DNA of 64,000 bases from Thermodesulfobacteriota bacterium. Its GTDB lineage: Bacteria > Desulfobacterota > Desulfobacteria > Desulfobacterales > SURF-7. Position 1 is the stretch's first letter. Every line of letters starts with the position of its first letter. The stretch is from the NCBI GenBank assembly GCA_049320885.1, contig JBMORA010000050.1:1-64000 (forward strand), read 5' to 3'. A program made the position numbers and the translations under genes. Below the pieces are notes generated by a model. The model was given only the letters and a program-made list of their open reading frames with translations. It was not told where the DNA came from and did not search any database. Shown here in pieces: positions 1 to 10,796 of this stretch.

Positions 1-700
1 CAAGGCGGAAGCGGAAGCCAAGGCCAAAGCCGCCGCTCCTGCACCCGGGAAGGCCGCTGTATCGCCGGAATCGGCCGTTGCAACACCAAAAGCCGCGAGA
101 GAAGGTGATGGCGCGATGAACAAGATGGTCTTCACTCTGGCGGCCTGCGTGGTGGGGATTGTTATTCCCATCATCATCGCCAGTTTCATGAATTCGATGA
201 ATTATTCATTGAAGAAAGTGGATGGTGCATTGGAACTTTGGCAAGGCAGTTTCGCCCCTGTGGGTGAGTATCGGATGGTCACCATGCCGGGAGCCGTTCT
301 TCCGGAGCCGGCCAAGGAATCCTATACCAAGATGGAAGCCTATCCCCTGGTTTGCCAATACTATCTGGAAAAAGCCGATGCCATCGAGGACGCAACCAGC
401 ATTCCGGATTTCGAGCGAATCCGCTCCGACTTGGATCAAGCCAGGACCTATGCCATCACCCAGCCGCTGCGAGAAGCCGTGTACGCCCGTTTTGTCAGGA
501 TCGATTTCATTCTTTTGGTATATAAAGCGGATGTGGCGGCGGGGCTGAACACGAAGGAAGGCTATGCGGAAGCCATTGCCTATCTGGAATCCGCCGCTGG
601 ACTGGAGATCGGCGAAGCAGAGGCTGAAATGGTCAAACGCAAAATCGAGAAATACACGGCATCGCTGGCGGCCGCCCGTCCCGAGGCTCAACAACAATAA
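1..700 (+). CDS. Membrane-anchored hypothetical protein with Ala/Lys/Pro-rich linker (5' partial)
   Basis: The frame from nt 2 is open (KAEAEAKAKAAAPAPGKAA...) and continuous with ORF 116..700. One hydrophobic segment (MVFTLAACVVGIVIPIIIASF) is followed by a helical domain. Confidence 0.7.
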   Translation, partial: KAEAEAKAKAAAPAPGKAAVSPESAVATPKAAREGDGAMNKMVFTLAACVVGIVIPIIIASFMNSMNYSLKKVDGALELWQGSFAPVGEYRMVTMPGAVLPEPAKESYTKMEAYPLVCQYYLEKADAIEDATSIPDFERIRSDLDQARTYAITQPLREAVYARFVRIDFILLVYKADVAAGLNTKEGYAEAIAYLESAAGLEIGEAEAEMVKRKIEKYTASLAAARPEAQQQ

Positions 701-729
701 GCCGGCGGAATATCCGCGCAGTGAAACAG

Positions 730-790
730 GCGGATGCCGGGCGACAGCCCGGCACCCGCTTTTTTGTTTCCGGTAGTCCGGAAACAAAAG
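730..790. terminator. Intrinsic terminator plus adjacent second hairpin between convergent genes
   Basis: GCGGATGCCGGGC-gaca-GCCCGGCACCCGC followed by T6 (730-765); a second inverted repeat TTTGTTTCCGG-tagt-CCGGAAACAAA follows immediately. Confidence 0.8.
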
Positions 791-816
791 CAAACCTATT
801 TTGTATTATTTTCAAG

Positions 817-1812
817 CTAGTATCGTTCAGCGCTGCCCAATACGGTTCGGTTTTTTTCCATGATCATCTTCATCAGTTCATCCCTGGCGGGACCCAGGTA
901 TTTCCGCGGATCGAATTCTCCCGGATTTTCCATTAATATTTTGCGGATCATGGCGGTCATGACCAGGCGGCCGTCGGAATCGATGTTGATTTTGCATACC
1001 GCGGAGCCGGCCGCCTGCCGAAGCTGTTCTTCCGGGATCCCCACGGCGGCTTCCATGGCGCCGCCGTTTTGGTTGATGATCTCCACATATCTGGGCAGCA
1101 CCGAGCTGGCCCCATGAAGAACGATGGGGAATCCGGGGATGCGTTTTTCAATTTCCGCCAGAATATCGAAACGCAGCGGCGGCGGCACAAAAATCCCGGC
1201 AGCGTTTCTGGTGCATTGCTCGGGCTTGAATTTAAAGGCCCCATGGGAGGTGCCGATGGATATGGCCAGGGAGTCCACGCCGGTTTTGGATACGAAATCC
1301 TCCACCTCCTCCGGCCGGGTGTAGCGTGACTCGGAAGCCGCCACATCGTCTTCGATGCCCGCCAGCACTCCCAGCTCGCCCTCCACTGTGACAACATGGC
1401 GATGGGCGTATTCCACGACCCGTTGGGTCACTTCGATATTTTGCCCATAAGAAAGATGGGAGCCGTCGATCATCACGGATGAAAAACCGCTGTCGACGCA
1501 GGCGGCGCAAATGTCGTAGCCGTCACCGTGATCCAGGTGCAGCGCGATGGGAATCCGATATCCCCGGTTGCGGGCCATTTCCACCGCTCCTTTCCCCAGA
1601 TTGCGCAGAAGGATGGCATCGGCGTAGTCCCGCGCTCCTTTGGATACCTGCAGGATCACCGGCGATCCGGATCGGCCGCAGCCGTTGACGATGGCCTGGA
1701 GTTGTTCCAGGTTGTTGAAATTGTATGCAGGCACCGCATATCCACCGGCCATGGCTTTTTGGAACATGTCCCGGGTATTCACCAAACCAAGTTCTGTATA
1801 ATGTACGGTCAT
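817..1812 (-). CDS. fba: Class II fructose-1,6-bisphosphate aldolase
   Basis: Motifs ALHLDHG, SSVMIDGS, VEGELG, GTSHGAFK, VLHGAS, KINIDSD, FDPRKYL. Confidence 0.95.
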   Translation of the reverse strand: MTVHYTELGLVNTRDMFQKAMAGGYAVPAYNFNNLEQLQAIVNGCGRSGSPVILQVSKGARDYADAILLRNLGKGAVEMARNRGYRIPIALHLDHGDGYDICAACVDSGFSSVMIDGSHLSYGQNIEVTQRVVEYAHRHVVTVEGELGVLAGIEDDVAASESRYTRPEEVEDFVSKTGVDSLAISIGTSHGAFKFKPEQCTRNAAGIFVPPPLRFDILAEIEKRIPGFPIVLHGASSVLPRYVEIINQNGGAMEAAVGIPEEQLRQAAGSAVCKINIDSDGRLVMTAMIRKILMENPGEFDPRKYLGPARDELMKMIMEKNRTVLGSAERY

Positions 1813-1892
1813 GATGCCTCCTCATCCGTTCGGTTTGTCGGAAGCCGCTTCAGACAGCTTCCGGGTGATGGAAGAAAAAGGGAAAAAGGATT

Positions 1893-2597
1893 TCATCCCG
1901 GTTGATAACCGGCATCCACCCGTAAGCCGTCGCCGGTCGCCGCCGCCGCTGCCAGTTGGTCGCAACGTTCATTTTCAGGATTCCCCGCATGGCCCTTGAC
2001 CCATATAAAGCGGACATCATGGTATTCGCACAAATCCAGCAGCCGCTCCCAGAGATCCGGGTTCAGGGCCTTCTGGCCGTCCGGCTTTTTCCAGCCTCTG
2101 GCGCGCCAGTTTCTGGCCCAGCCCTTCTCGATTCCGTGGACCACATACCGGGAATCGCTGTACAGGGATACTGATGATTTTTCCTTCAGGCTGGCCAGCC
2201 CGGCAATACAGGCCGTCAGTTCCATCCGGTTGTTGGTGGTCAGGCGAAATCCGCCGGAGAGTTCCGTGCGTGCGTCTTTTGTGAGGATCACCGCTCCGAA
2301 ACCTCCCGGTCCGGGATTGTGCATGCACCCGCCATCGGTATACAGGATTACGTCGCCGGGCCGTGGAGCGGTATTTTCCGGCTGACGGGATGCTTTCTTT
2401 GACCATCCGACAACGGCTTTTCGGCTGTCCGGGTTTTTCAACCACTCCCGGGCTTCCTGATACGACGGGAATCCCTTGAAAACCGCGCCGGCAAATCCCC
2501 TGACCTGGATTTCCGCTCCCCGGTCGCCATACCACTGCTCATAGATTCCCGGTTTTCTACCTTTGGCCACGGCGTACCATTTTTTTTTCACGGTCAT
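1893..2597 (-). CDS. rnhA: Ribonuclease HI with N-terminal hybrid-binding (caulimovirus VI-like) domain
   Basis: N-terminal WYAVAKGRKPGIY...FKGF..YQEA; catalytic YTDG, TTNNRMEL, SDSRY, WVKGHAGNPENERCDQLA. Likely start ATG 2597. Confidence 0.92.
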   Translation of the reverse strand: MTVKKKWYAVAKGRKPGIYEQWYGDRGAEIQVRGFAGAVFKGFPSYQEAREWLKNPDSRKAVVGWSKKASRQPENTAPRPGDVILYTDGGCMHNPGPGGFGAVILTKDARTELSGGFRLTTNNRMELTACIAGLASLKEKSSVSLYSDSRYVVHGIEKGWARNWRARGWKKPDGQKALNPDLWERLLDLCEYHDVRFIWVKGHAGNPENERCDQLAAAAATGDGLRVDAGYQPG

Positions 2598-2790
2598 TTC
2601 GGATGCGTTCCTTTTTGTAATCATGTGCAGCCCATCTATATCAGGAAGTCCAGGGTTACACCAGTCCAAAGGTTTCTTGACTTTTGGATCAGGGCTCCTT
2701 TAGGATATGCATACCCGTATCGAACCGCCATCCGTAATGAGGGCAGCGGCTCGTTCCGACAGGATGACTCAACGGCACTGGCATCAGGAG

Positions 2791-3036
2791 ATGAAATCGG
2801 AGACTCCCGAAGAAAAAACAGTGGATATTCCATGCAACGGATGTATTTACGGCACGACTTTTTTCGAAAGAGACACGGCCTGCCCGGAAGCACCGCCACT
2901 CCATATCCTCACCGCAAGGGTCGGCGCCAAATTATCGGATTACGGTTGGATCAGGACTTATGATTCCCGGTTCACCCATTCGCCGGAAGTGCCGGCGTAT
3001 CTCTGTCCGCAATGCCAGGAAAAATATTGCAAATGA
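2791..3036 (+). CDS. Small hypothetical protein with two CxxC pairs (possible Zn binding)
   Basis: AGGAG directly before ATG 2791; CNGC near the N-terminus and CPQC at the C-terminus. Confidence 0.45.
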   Translation: MKSETPEEKTVDIPCNGCIYGTTFFERDTACPEAPPLHILTARVGAKLSDYGWIRTYDSRFTHSPEVPAYLCPQCQEKYCK

Positions 3037-3094
3037 TCGGAACAAGGGGTTTCCGCATGAGGAAAGAAAGCTTTCAGGAACGGATGAGAACCCG

Positions 3095-3901
3095 ATGATA
3101 AAAAAAATGATTTCCGGGGGAGCCGGCGGTGTCGGCCGGGCGGCCCTGGATGTGGCTATCAAGCTCGACCTGGAATACGGCGGATGGCTGGACGGTCCGG
3201 CAGGTGAAATGAATCCGGGAAACCTCGAAAGATATCATTTGAAGCGGGTTGCATTATCGGAGCAACTCGCCGCTGAAAAAAACCTCCTCGACTCCGATGG
3301 CGCGCTGGTTCTTTCCGATGGGGATTTGAGCGGCGATTTGAGCGCGATCATTTCCGCTTCCCATTTCCACCACAAACCTTGCCTGTATATGGACCTGGGG
3401 CGAACAGGGGCTTTCGATGCGGCCCAGGAAATCAGTTCCTGGGCTGAAAGCCACGCGGTTGAAGTCCTTTATGTGGCCGGTCCGAAGGGACAGGACGACG
3501 GCAGGATGTATACGAAGGTCATGAATTTGCTGGAAACGGTTATTTACATGGGAATGATCGAGGCCAACTTCTGGAAAACCGAAGACCAGGCGATGGAAAC
3601 GCTTGTATCACCGCCGCGAACGGTGGATGAGGCGGTGGAACGCCTTGCCGGCGGCCTGGCCCTCAAGGACCGGGCCATCATTGCCAATATGACGGCTTCC
3701 GAACTGCCGAGCCTGGACGGCAGCCTGGGGGAGTATATCCATCGTCATTTCGGTCTCTGGAACGGCAATACACAACTGCTGGAATCCTGCCGGTTTGTTT
3801 CCAAACGGCGACAGCTCGGGGCGGAAAGTGCCGCCGGGGTTATCATTGAGGCCCTTTGGCGGCAGTTACGCCAGACCCACAAGCTCAGGCTGGTAAAATA
3901 A
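3095..3901 (+). CDS. Putative molybdenum cofactor carrier-like (SLOG fold) protein with extra C-terminal helical domain
   Basis: MIKKMISGG..G..RAALD.A......GGW, EKN..DSDG.L, KPCL..DL, L.VAGP motifs; second domain starts PPRTVDEAVERL. Likely start ATG 3095. Confidence 0.75.
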   Translation: MIKKMISGGAGGVGRAALDVAIKLDLEYGGWLDGPAGEMNPGNLERYHLKRVALSEQLAAEKNLLDSDGALVLSDGDLSGDLSAIISASHFHHKPCLYMDLGRTGAFDAAQEISSWAESHAVEVLYVAGPKGQDDGRMYTKVMNLLETVIYMGMIEANFWKTEDQAMETLVSPPRTVDEAVERLAGGLALKDRAIIANMTASELPSLDGSLGEYIHRHFGLWNGNTQLLESCRFVSKRRQLGAESAAGVIIEALWRQLRQTHKLRLVK

Positions 3902-3924
3902 ACGATATATCCCTGTCCCGTCCG

Positions 3925-4392
3925 TTACTCCGGGGGATACCGGAAATGTCGACCGGACTCATAATCGGTGCGAGAAGGCGGTTTGTACACGATAATGACC
4001 CCAGGTTCCGGAAACTGAACGACGGTGCGGTCAACAAGGGAATACCAGACGCCGACTTTTTTCCCGGATGGGTCCAGGATGACGGAACCGAAATTGGCAA
4101 ATGAATAGCCGATGGCCGGCAGCATATTGTTCAGCCACCTTTTCAACAGTTCCGGCGTTGGCTCCACCTGTTTCCACATGGTTGTCCGGAGGGTGTACTC
4201 CTTCCGGATACCGATAATGGCATCCGGCCGGGCTTCCGGTCCGGAATAATAATAGCGGTGATCCGGAAGTATCCGGCAATCCTCAAAAAGCCTGGCTGTT
4301 TCCAGATCCGGCCGGATAGTCCCGTATCCGGCGCCGCAGGCCATGAGGAACAGCGGCAGCAGATACCAAATTCCATTTCGGCGGATTTTCAT
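3925..4392 (-). CDS. Hypothetical lipoprotein
   Basis: MKIRRNGIWYLLPLFLMAC lipobox; AAGGGGG RBS upstream of ATG 4392. Confidence 0.75.
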   Translation of the reverse strand: MKIRRNGIWYLLPLFLMACGAGYGTIRPDLETARLFEDCRILPDHRYYYSGPEARPDAIIGIRKEYTLRTTMWKQVEPTPELLKRWLNNMLPAIGYSFANFGSVILDPSGKKVGVWYSLVDRTVVQFPEPGVIIVYKPPSRTDYESGRHFRYPPE

Positions 4393-4478
4393 CGTTCCCC
4401 CTTTTTGTCCCCTCTGTTTTTCCCGGGCGGTCCCGGTTGAACATTTTTTCTTCTCGGAAACGGCCATGCCTCCATCCG

Positions 4479-4694
4479 TCAGTTCGATTGATTGCGAATG
4501 AATTTCACCACCAGCAAGGCGAGGGGCGCCAGATGAAAAAAAAGATCGAAGATGTCGATGGGGCGCGTCAACGTACCGTTTTTCAGCATCAGCAGTTTTT
4601 CGATTACGTGAGGCATGGGTTTGAAAGGCGCCAGCAGCATGATGATGGTAACCAAGATCAATGGCAGATAGGGGATTTTGTCCAAAAAGCCCAT
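4479..4694 (-). CDS. Small conserved membrane protein (71 aa, two hydrophobic segments)
   Basis: LAPF.P.PH..EKL.ML..GTL.RP.DIFDLF.H pattern of a widespread small membrane protein family. Confidence 0.75.
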   Translation of the reverse strand: MGFLDKIPYLPLILVTIIMLLAPFKPMPHVIEKLLMLKNGTLTRPIDIFDLFFHLAPLALLVVKFIRNQSN

Positions 4695-4857
4695 GGTGGT
4701 CTCGCAATCTCCGGCGATCGGATTTCCCGGCCTGTATGCCGGTTCGGTTGAGGCGGTTCGAGCTGGTTATGCTGCATGAACAGAGGCATTATAATGGGGT
4801 TTTCCGTGGTTTTCCAGATCTTTTATCTCGGATCGCCCTGTGCATGCCCTGATCCTG

Positions 4858-4886
4858 TTGACACAACCGCTGTCGATGGGTAAGGT
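4858..4886 (+). promoter_or_regulatory. Sigma70-type promoter for the cupin gene
   Basis: TTGACA-N17-TAAGGT, 41 nt upstream of ATG 4928. Confidence 0.6.
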
Positions 4887-4927
4887 TTTTTATTGAATGA
4901 AACAACCGGAAACGGAGTGAATCAACC

Positions 4928-5259
4928 ATGAAAATTATGACCTACCAGAAGGTGCAGCCCACGTGTTTTGACAGTGAACAGGTCAAGGGTGTCCAGGGCC
5001 GGATACTCATCGGCAAGGACGATGGGGCGCCCAATTTCTGCATGCGGCTTTTCCAGGTGGAAACGGGCGGCTACACCCCCCGCCACCGGCATGCCTGGGA
5101 GCATGAAGTGTTCGTGCACGGCGGCAGCGGAGCGGTTCTCCGGGACGGAGAATGGGTGCCTGTCCAGGCCGGCTCCACGGTGTATGTGGCGCCCGACGAG
5201 GACCATCAGTTCAAGAATACGGGTGAAGGACCCTTGCTGTTTGTATGCGTCATTCCCGC

Positions 5260-5278
<19 letters not shown>
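4928..5278 (+). CDS. Cupin domain protein
   Basis: TPRHRHAWEHEV...HQFKNTG metal-binding cupin motifs; GGAG RBS. Confidence 0.9.
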
Positions 5279-6891
<1,613 letters not shown>

Positions 6892-7053
6892 ATGATCGTG
6901 AACTTCCTAATGAGTGTCTTGGTTTTTTATTGCGGATTCATAGGCTATTTTATACGGTATGTCAAGAGTCCGGGCCGTGGGCGTTCCGTATACCCGAAAA
7001 CCCGAACATGACTGGGGATTGTGACCGGCGGGCTGCTTGTTCGGTCGCGGTCT

Positions 7054-7695
7054 TCAGTCTTTCCCTTGTTGTTCCAGGCGTTTTTCCCGGGCGCTCAGTT
7101 TTTCTTCCCTTACGTGCAGCTCTTTTTCCTTGTCCCCCAGCCGTTTTCTCTCGAAGGAGAGGTCGCTCAACTGGTCCAGCACCCGTTTTTTTTCAGCCGC
7201 CAGTTTGATGGTTGTCAGGTTCAGGCGTTCGGATTTCAGTTGTTGAATGCCGTCCTGGATTTTCAGCTTGATGTTGCGATTGTCGATGGTATCGAGGATG
7301 GACATGTCGATGCTCAGGCAGACCCCGCTGGTCAGGGCCGCAACGGTGGCCGAACGAGAATCTCCGGCCAGGATGCTCATTTCGCCGAAGACTTCGCCGG
7401 GCTGGTTGAAAACCGCCACGATAATATCCTGTTTTATGACGGCGAATTCCCCTTTCACCACCCAGAAGGCCCAGCTGTCGAATTCCCCTTCCTTGACCGC
7501 GATTTCCTTTTCCGTAAATTGGAGGAGCTTGGCGATGCGCTGATGATAGTCGTCGCCTTCCTTGCCCAGCAGGAGCTTGATTTCTTCCCGGGTCAAGGTG
7601 TTCAGGATTTGAAATTTATGCAACAGCTCGATGGTGTCTTCCCGGATCAGATTGGATTTGATGACTTTCGGCATCGGTGCGCTTTCCCATGGCAT
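7054..7695 (-). CDS. Cyclic-nucleotide-binding domain protein with C-terminal coiled coil
   Basis: GEVFGEMSIL...RSATV phosphate-binding cassette; heptad-rich C-terminus; no HTH. Start may be the second Met (MPKVIK). Confidence 0.85.
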   Translation of the reverse strand: MPWESAPMPKVIKSNLIREDTIELLHKFQILNTLTREEIKLLLGKEGDDYHQRIAKLLQFTEKEIAVKEGEFDSWAFWVVKGEFAVIKQDIIVAVFNQPGEVFGEMSILAGDSRSATVAALTSGVCLSIDMSILDTIDNRNIKLKIQDGIQQLKSERLNLTTIKLAAEKKRVLDQLSDLSFERKRLGDKEKELHVREEKLSAREKRLEQQGKD

Positions 7696-7945
7696 GTGGT
7701 TTTTTTAGTTGTCTGCATTCATACCGAATTGGTATGCAATCAACCGCATAGATCATGGCGTAATCAGTTGCCGCCATTCCGGTCCTTTCGCAGAAATTTC
7801 TGGGCGATATCATTTGGAACGGCACGATTTTTCCTACGGGCTTGCTGCGATCGGTCAATATCACTTCACCGCCGTTTTTGACGATTTGCAGAAACCGGCT
7901 CAGATGCATTTTGGCTTCCCGAATGCCGATCCTGGGGCTTTTCAT
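7616..7945 (-). pseudogene. Phd/YefM (prevent-host-death) antitoxin; N-terminal domain intact, C-terminus apparently replaced, no toxin gene
   Basis: MKSPRIGIREAKMHLSRFLQIVKNGGEVILTDRSKPVGKIVP matches the Phd N-domain. Similarity ends at about 7815 and the frame runs on into the cNMP gene. Confidence 0.7.
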
Positions 7946-7982
7946 ATCGTCGCTTCCATTTAAAACAGATTGGGTTGCATCG

Positions 7983-8020
7983 AATGTGACCATTGTAGTC
8001 ACATTGGGGTCGGACGTCAA
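7983..8020 (-). promoter_or_regulatory. Sigma70 promoter with operator palindrome over the -10 element (TA-type autoregulation)
   Basis: Minus strand TTGACG(8020-8015)-N17-TACAAT(7997-7992); perfect inverted repeat AATGTGAC-N7-GTCACATT at 7983-8005. Confidence 0.75.
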
Positions 8021-8396
8021 GCTCGGCCTCTGGTTCGTCTTTGCGCCGGCAGGGGATTCGTAACCACGCATGTCACGGATTGCACGGATGGAAGACGAGA
8101 CACATAACCGGAATCATCCGGGGATATTCATGATGAAATGGTAAAAAAACCTTTGAAACAAAATCTTTACAATCCACCTATATATTTGGTAATCATATTT
8201 TCGGGCCGTTGGGCGGCTGAATTCGACCCAATTTTTATTCATTGTTCCGGAGCTGATTGCAAAAAGGACAGTTGGATGGAATTTCGACCGGCGGGAGAAA
8301 TAATCGGCAAACAACAGGTATGAGAAAACAAGTTGTTAGGTCTCTGGGGATATAAATGAATCAACCGATAAAAATAGAGAAGGATTCTGATAAGGA

Positions 8397-9134
8397 ATGA
8401 TTTTAGACCATGTAGATATCTTTCGAGATTTGCCTGAACGATCCGGTCGGGCTGTAGCCCATTACTGGAAGACACGGCAGGGGCAGAGGGATAAGTAGCA
8501 TCAGACCGGAAAAGCCGACCAAGGCCTGCGTAGCGCTGTGACCGGCGGAGCGCAGATGGATGGATTCATTGACCTGTTCACCGAGCTTATTGCCGACTCT
8601 GGCATTTCCAATAAATATGTTTTCAGAAAGAAGGCTGTCGAACTTCCCGGCTTTTTTCGACCCACTAAAGAATGGGATCTTCTTGTCGTCCGTGACAACA
8701 TTCTTTTGGTTGCTATAGAAGCAAAGTCACAGGTCGGCCCGTCTTTTGGTAACAATTTCAACAATCGGACTGAAGAGGCGATGGGAAGCGCTCTTGATCT
8801 TTGGACTGCTTTCAGGGAACAAGCTTATCTGAAAAGCCCTCAACCATTCTTGGGTTATTTTTTCATGCTGGAAAACTGTGAGGCCTCCAATCGACCGGTC
8901 AAGGTCCAAGAACCGCACTTCAGGGTATTTCCAGAATTTGTAGGCGCTTCGTATATGCGCAGGTATGAGCTTTTTTGCCGGAAGCTGGTGCTTGAGCGCC
9001 ACTATACAGCAGCGGCCTTTATTTCCTCGACATCCCATGGGGGGATTTTGGGAAATTTTTCCACACCGGCGGACGAGCTTTCTATTGATCGCTTTGCGAG
9101 GGTGCTTGTTGCCCATTTGAAGGCATTTGTTTAG
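8397..9134 (+). pseudogene. PaeR7I/XhoI-family type II restriction endonuclease with in-frame TAG at 8496-8498
   Basis: From ATG 8397: MILDHVDIFRDLPERSGRAVAHYWKTRQGQRDK*HQTGKADQGLRSAVTGGAQMDGF..., then LPGFFRPTKEWD, EAKSQVGPSFGNNFNNRTEEA family motifs. Confidence 0.8.
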
Positions 9135-9138
9135 GCCA

Positions 9139-10050
9139 ATGGAAAAGACAACTATTCATAGGTTGATAAACGGTGATTCACGGGATCTTTCATTTATAGA
9201 TGACGCTTCAATCCATCTTGTTGTGACCTCTCCTCCCTACTGGAATCTGAAACGCTACAATGAGAACCCTGACCAATTAGGCCATATTCAGGATTATGAA
9301 TCGTTTCTCTTTGAGCTGGAGAAAGTCTGGCGGCACGTCTACCGTGTCCTTGTCCCCGGCGGCCGCCTTGTGTGCGTTGTCGGCGATGTATGCGTCGCGA
9401 GACGAAATTTTGGACGACACTTGGTTTTTCCACTTCATGCCGATATCTGCGTTATATGCCGACGTATCGGCTTCGACAATCTGAACCCGATTATCTGGCA
9501 CAAGATTGCCAACGCTTCCTATGAGGTAGAAAACGGATCCAAGTTTCTTGGAAAACCCTACGAACCAAATGCCATTGTTAAAAACGATATTGAGTTCATC
9601 CTGATGCAACGCAAACCGGGAGGATACAGGAAACCAACCAATGAGCAACGGGAAGAAAGCAGAATCGGTAAAGCAGATTTTGACCGTTGGTTCCAGCAGA
9701 TTTGGAATATCACCGGCGCCTCTACTAGGCAGCATCCTGCTCCCTTTCCCATGGAACTGGCCACACGTCTTGTCCGTATGTTCTCTTTCACGGGTGACAC
9801 AGTATTGGATCCATTTTGTGGTTCCGGGACTACAAAGATAGGGGCTTTTCGGGCCCATAGAAACAGTATCGGCGTTGAAATTGATCCAGAATACTGTAGA
9901 ATGGCAGCCCGTTTTCTCAAAGCGGAAACAGGTAATCTCTTTGCCAAGGCGAAGCTCCAATTCGAAAGGATAGCCACTGAAACCGCGGCCCTTGTAAAAG
10001 AAGATCAGGCTTTGTATGAACTTCGGCCAGCCAGGAAAAAATTGGAATAA
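9139..10050 (+). CDS. Site-specific DNA methyltransferase (N4-cytosine/N6-adenine, beta class)
   Basis: Motif IV TSPPYW precedes HPAPFP and motif I VLDPFCGSGTT; lies 4 nt after the REase stop. Confidence 0.9.
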   Translation: MEKTTIHRLINGDSRDLSFIDDASIHLVVTSPPYWNLKRYNENPDQLGHIQDYESFLFELEKVWRHVYRVLVPGGRLVCVVGDVCVARRNFGRHLVFPLHADICVICRRIGFDNLNPIIWHKIANASYEVENGSKFLGKPYEPNAIVKNDIEFILMQRKPGGYRKPTNEQREESRIGKADFDRWFQQIWNITGASTRQHPAPFPMELATRLVRMFSFTGDTVLDPFCGSGTTKIGAFRAHRNSIGVEIDPEYCRMAARFLKAETGNLFAKAKLQFERIATETAALVKEDQALYELRPARKKLE

Positions 10051-10120
10051 ACCCAAAACCGGTTTGTTATTACCAATCCGTATGAGAATTCGGTGGTTTT
10101 GACGGAACAGGAGGTCTGAT

Positions 10121-10796
10121 ATGCCCAGAAGCGCGCGCATCGTCATCCTGGATGAACCGGTGGTGTATCACCTGGTGTCCAGAACGGCGCTGGGGGGGAT
10201 TTCCAATGGGGACGAGGAGAAGGATTTTCTGGTGGAACGGATCCGCCGGATGAGTAAGGTCTATTTCATTGAGATTTACGGCTTTTGAGTCATGGGGAAC
10301 CATTTTCACTTGTTGTTGCGGATGCTTCCGGAAAAAGCGGTTTCAGATAGTCACATCAAAAAGCGCTATGCTCTTCTTTACGGCAAGGACAAGATCTGCC
10401 TGGAGGGACAGATTCTTTTTTTGAAACACAAGTGGACCAGTCTTGCCGAGTTCGGCAAGGAACTGAAACAGTCTTTTTCCCGGTATTGCAACAAGCGGCA
10501 TAGCCGCCGGGGATTTTTCTGGGGCGGCCGCTTCACGAGCGTGATCGTGGAAAAAGGCGCGGCCCTGATCCATTGCCTTTCCTAAGTATCGACCTGAATC
10601 CCATCCGGGTCGGCCTGGTGACCAGACCGGAGGCGGCCGGTATTTCACGGAGGCGGGCATCATCGGCTCCAAGGAATTCGTACGGCGGCAATATGAACAG
10701 GCCCGGGAGTCGCTACAATCCGACCGTGAGAAAAAACCTAAGCTCATCTCGGGGCTGAAGGGGTTGCATACCTTGAAACGATTGACGGAGGGATGA
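10121..10796 (+). pseudogene. REP-associated tyrosine (Y1/HUH, IS200-like) transposase remnant
   Basis: AGGAGG RBS; MPRSARI..VYHLVSRTAL..., in-frame TGA 10286-10288 just before VMGNHFHLL (HUH); frameshift/stop at ~10583 at the Y of YIDLNP; internal deletion before RYFTEAGIIGSKEFV...TLKRLTEG*. Confidence 0.82.

Noticed and set aside
1893..2597. Viral-like (caulimovirus) domain on RNase H as a sign of a mobile element
   Set aside because: The hybrid-binding domain is a well-known feature of many bacterial RNase HI proteins.
3925..4707. 260-aa ORF as listed
   Set aside because: The N-terminal part overlaps the 71-aa membrane gene in another frame; the lipoprotein start with RBS is at 4392.
7985..8003. 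TGTGA...TCACA as a CRP/FNR site for the adjacent cNMP protein
   Set aside because: The spacer is 9 nt rather than 6 and the cNMP protein has no HTH; it fits a TA operator better.
8356..8400. 14-codon ORF (MNQPIKIEKDSDKE) overlapping the REase start as a leader or C-protein
   Set aside because: Too short and has no HTH; cannot be distinguished from chance.
10286..10288. TGA at a Cys position in the RAYT as selenocysteine
   Set aside because: The same gene also has a frameshift at the catalytic Tyr and a large deletion, and no convincing SECIS hairpin follows; a nonsense mutation is simpler.
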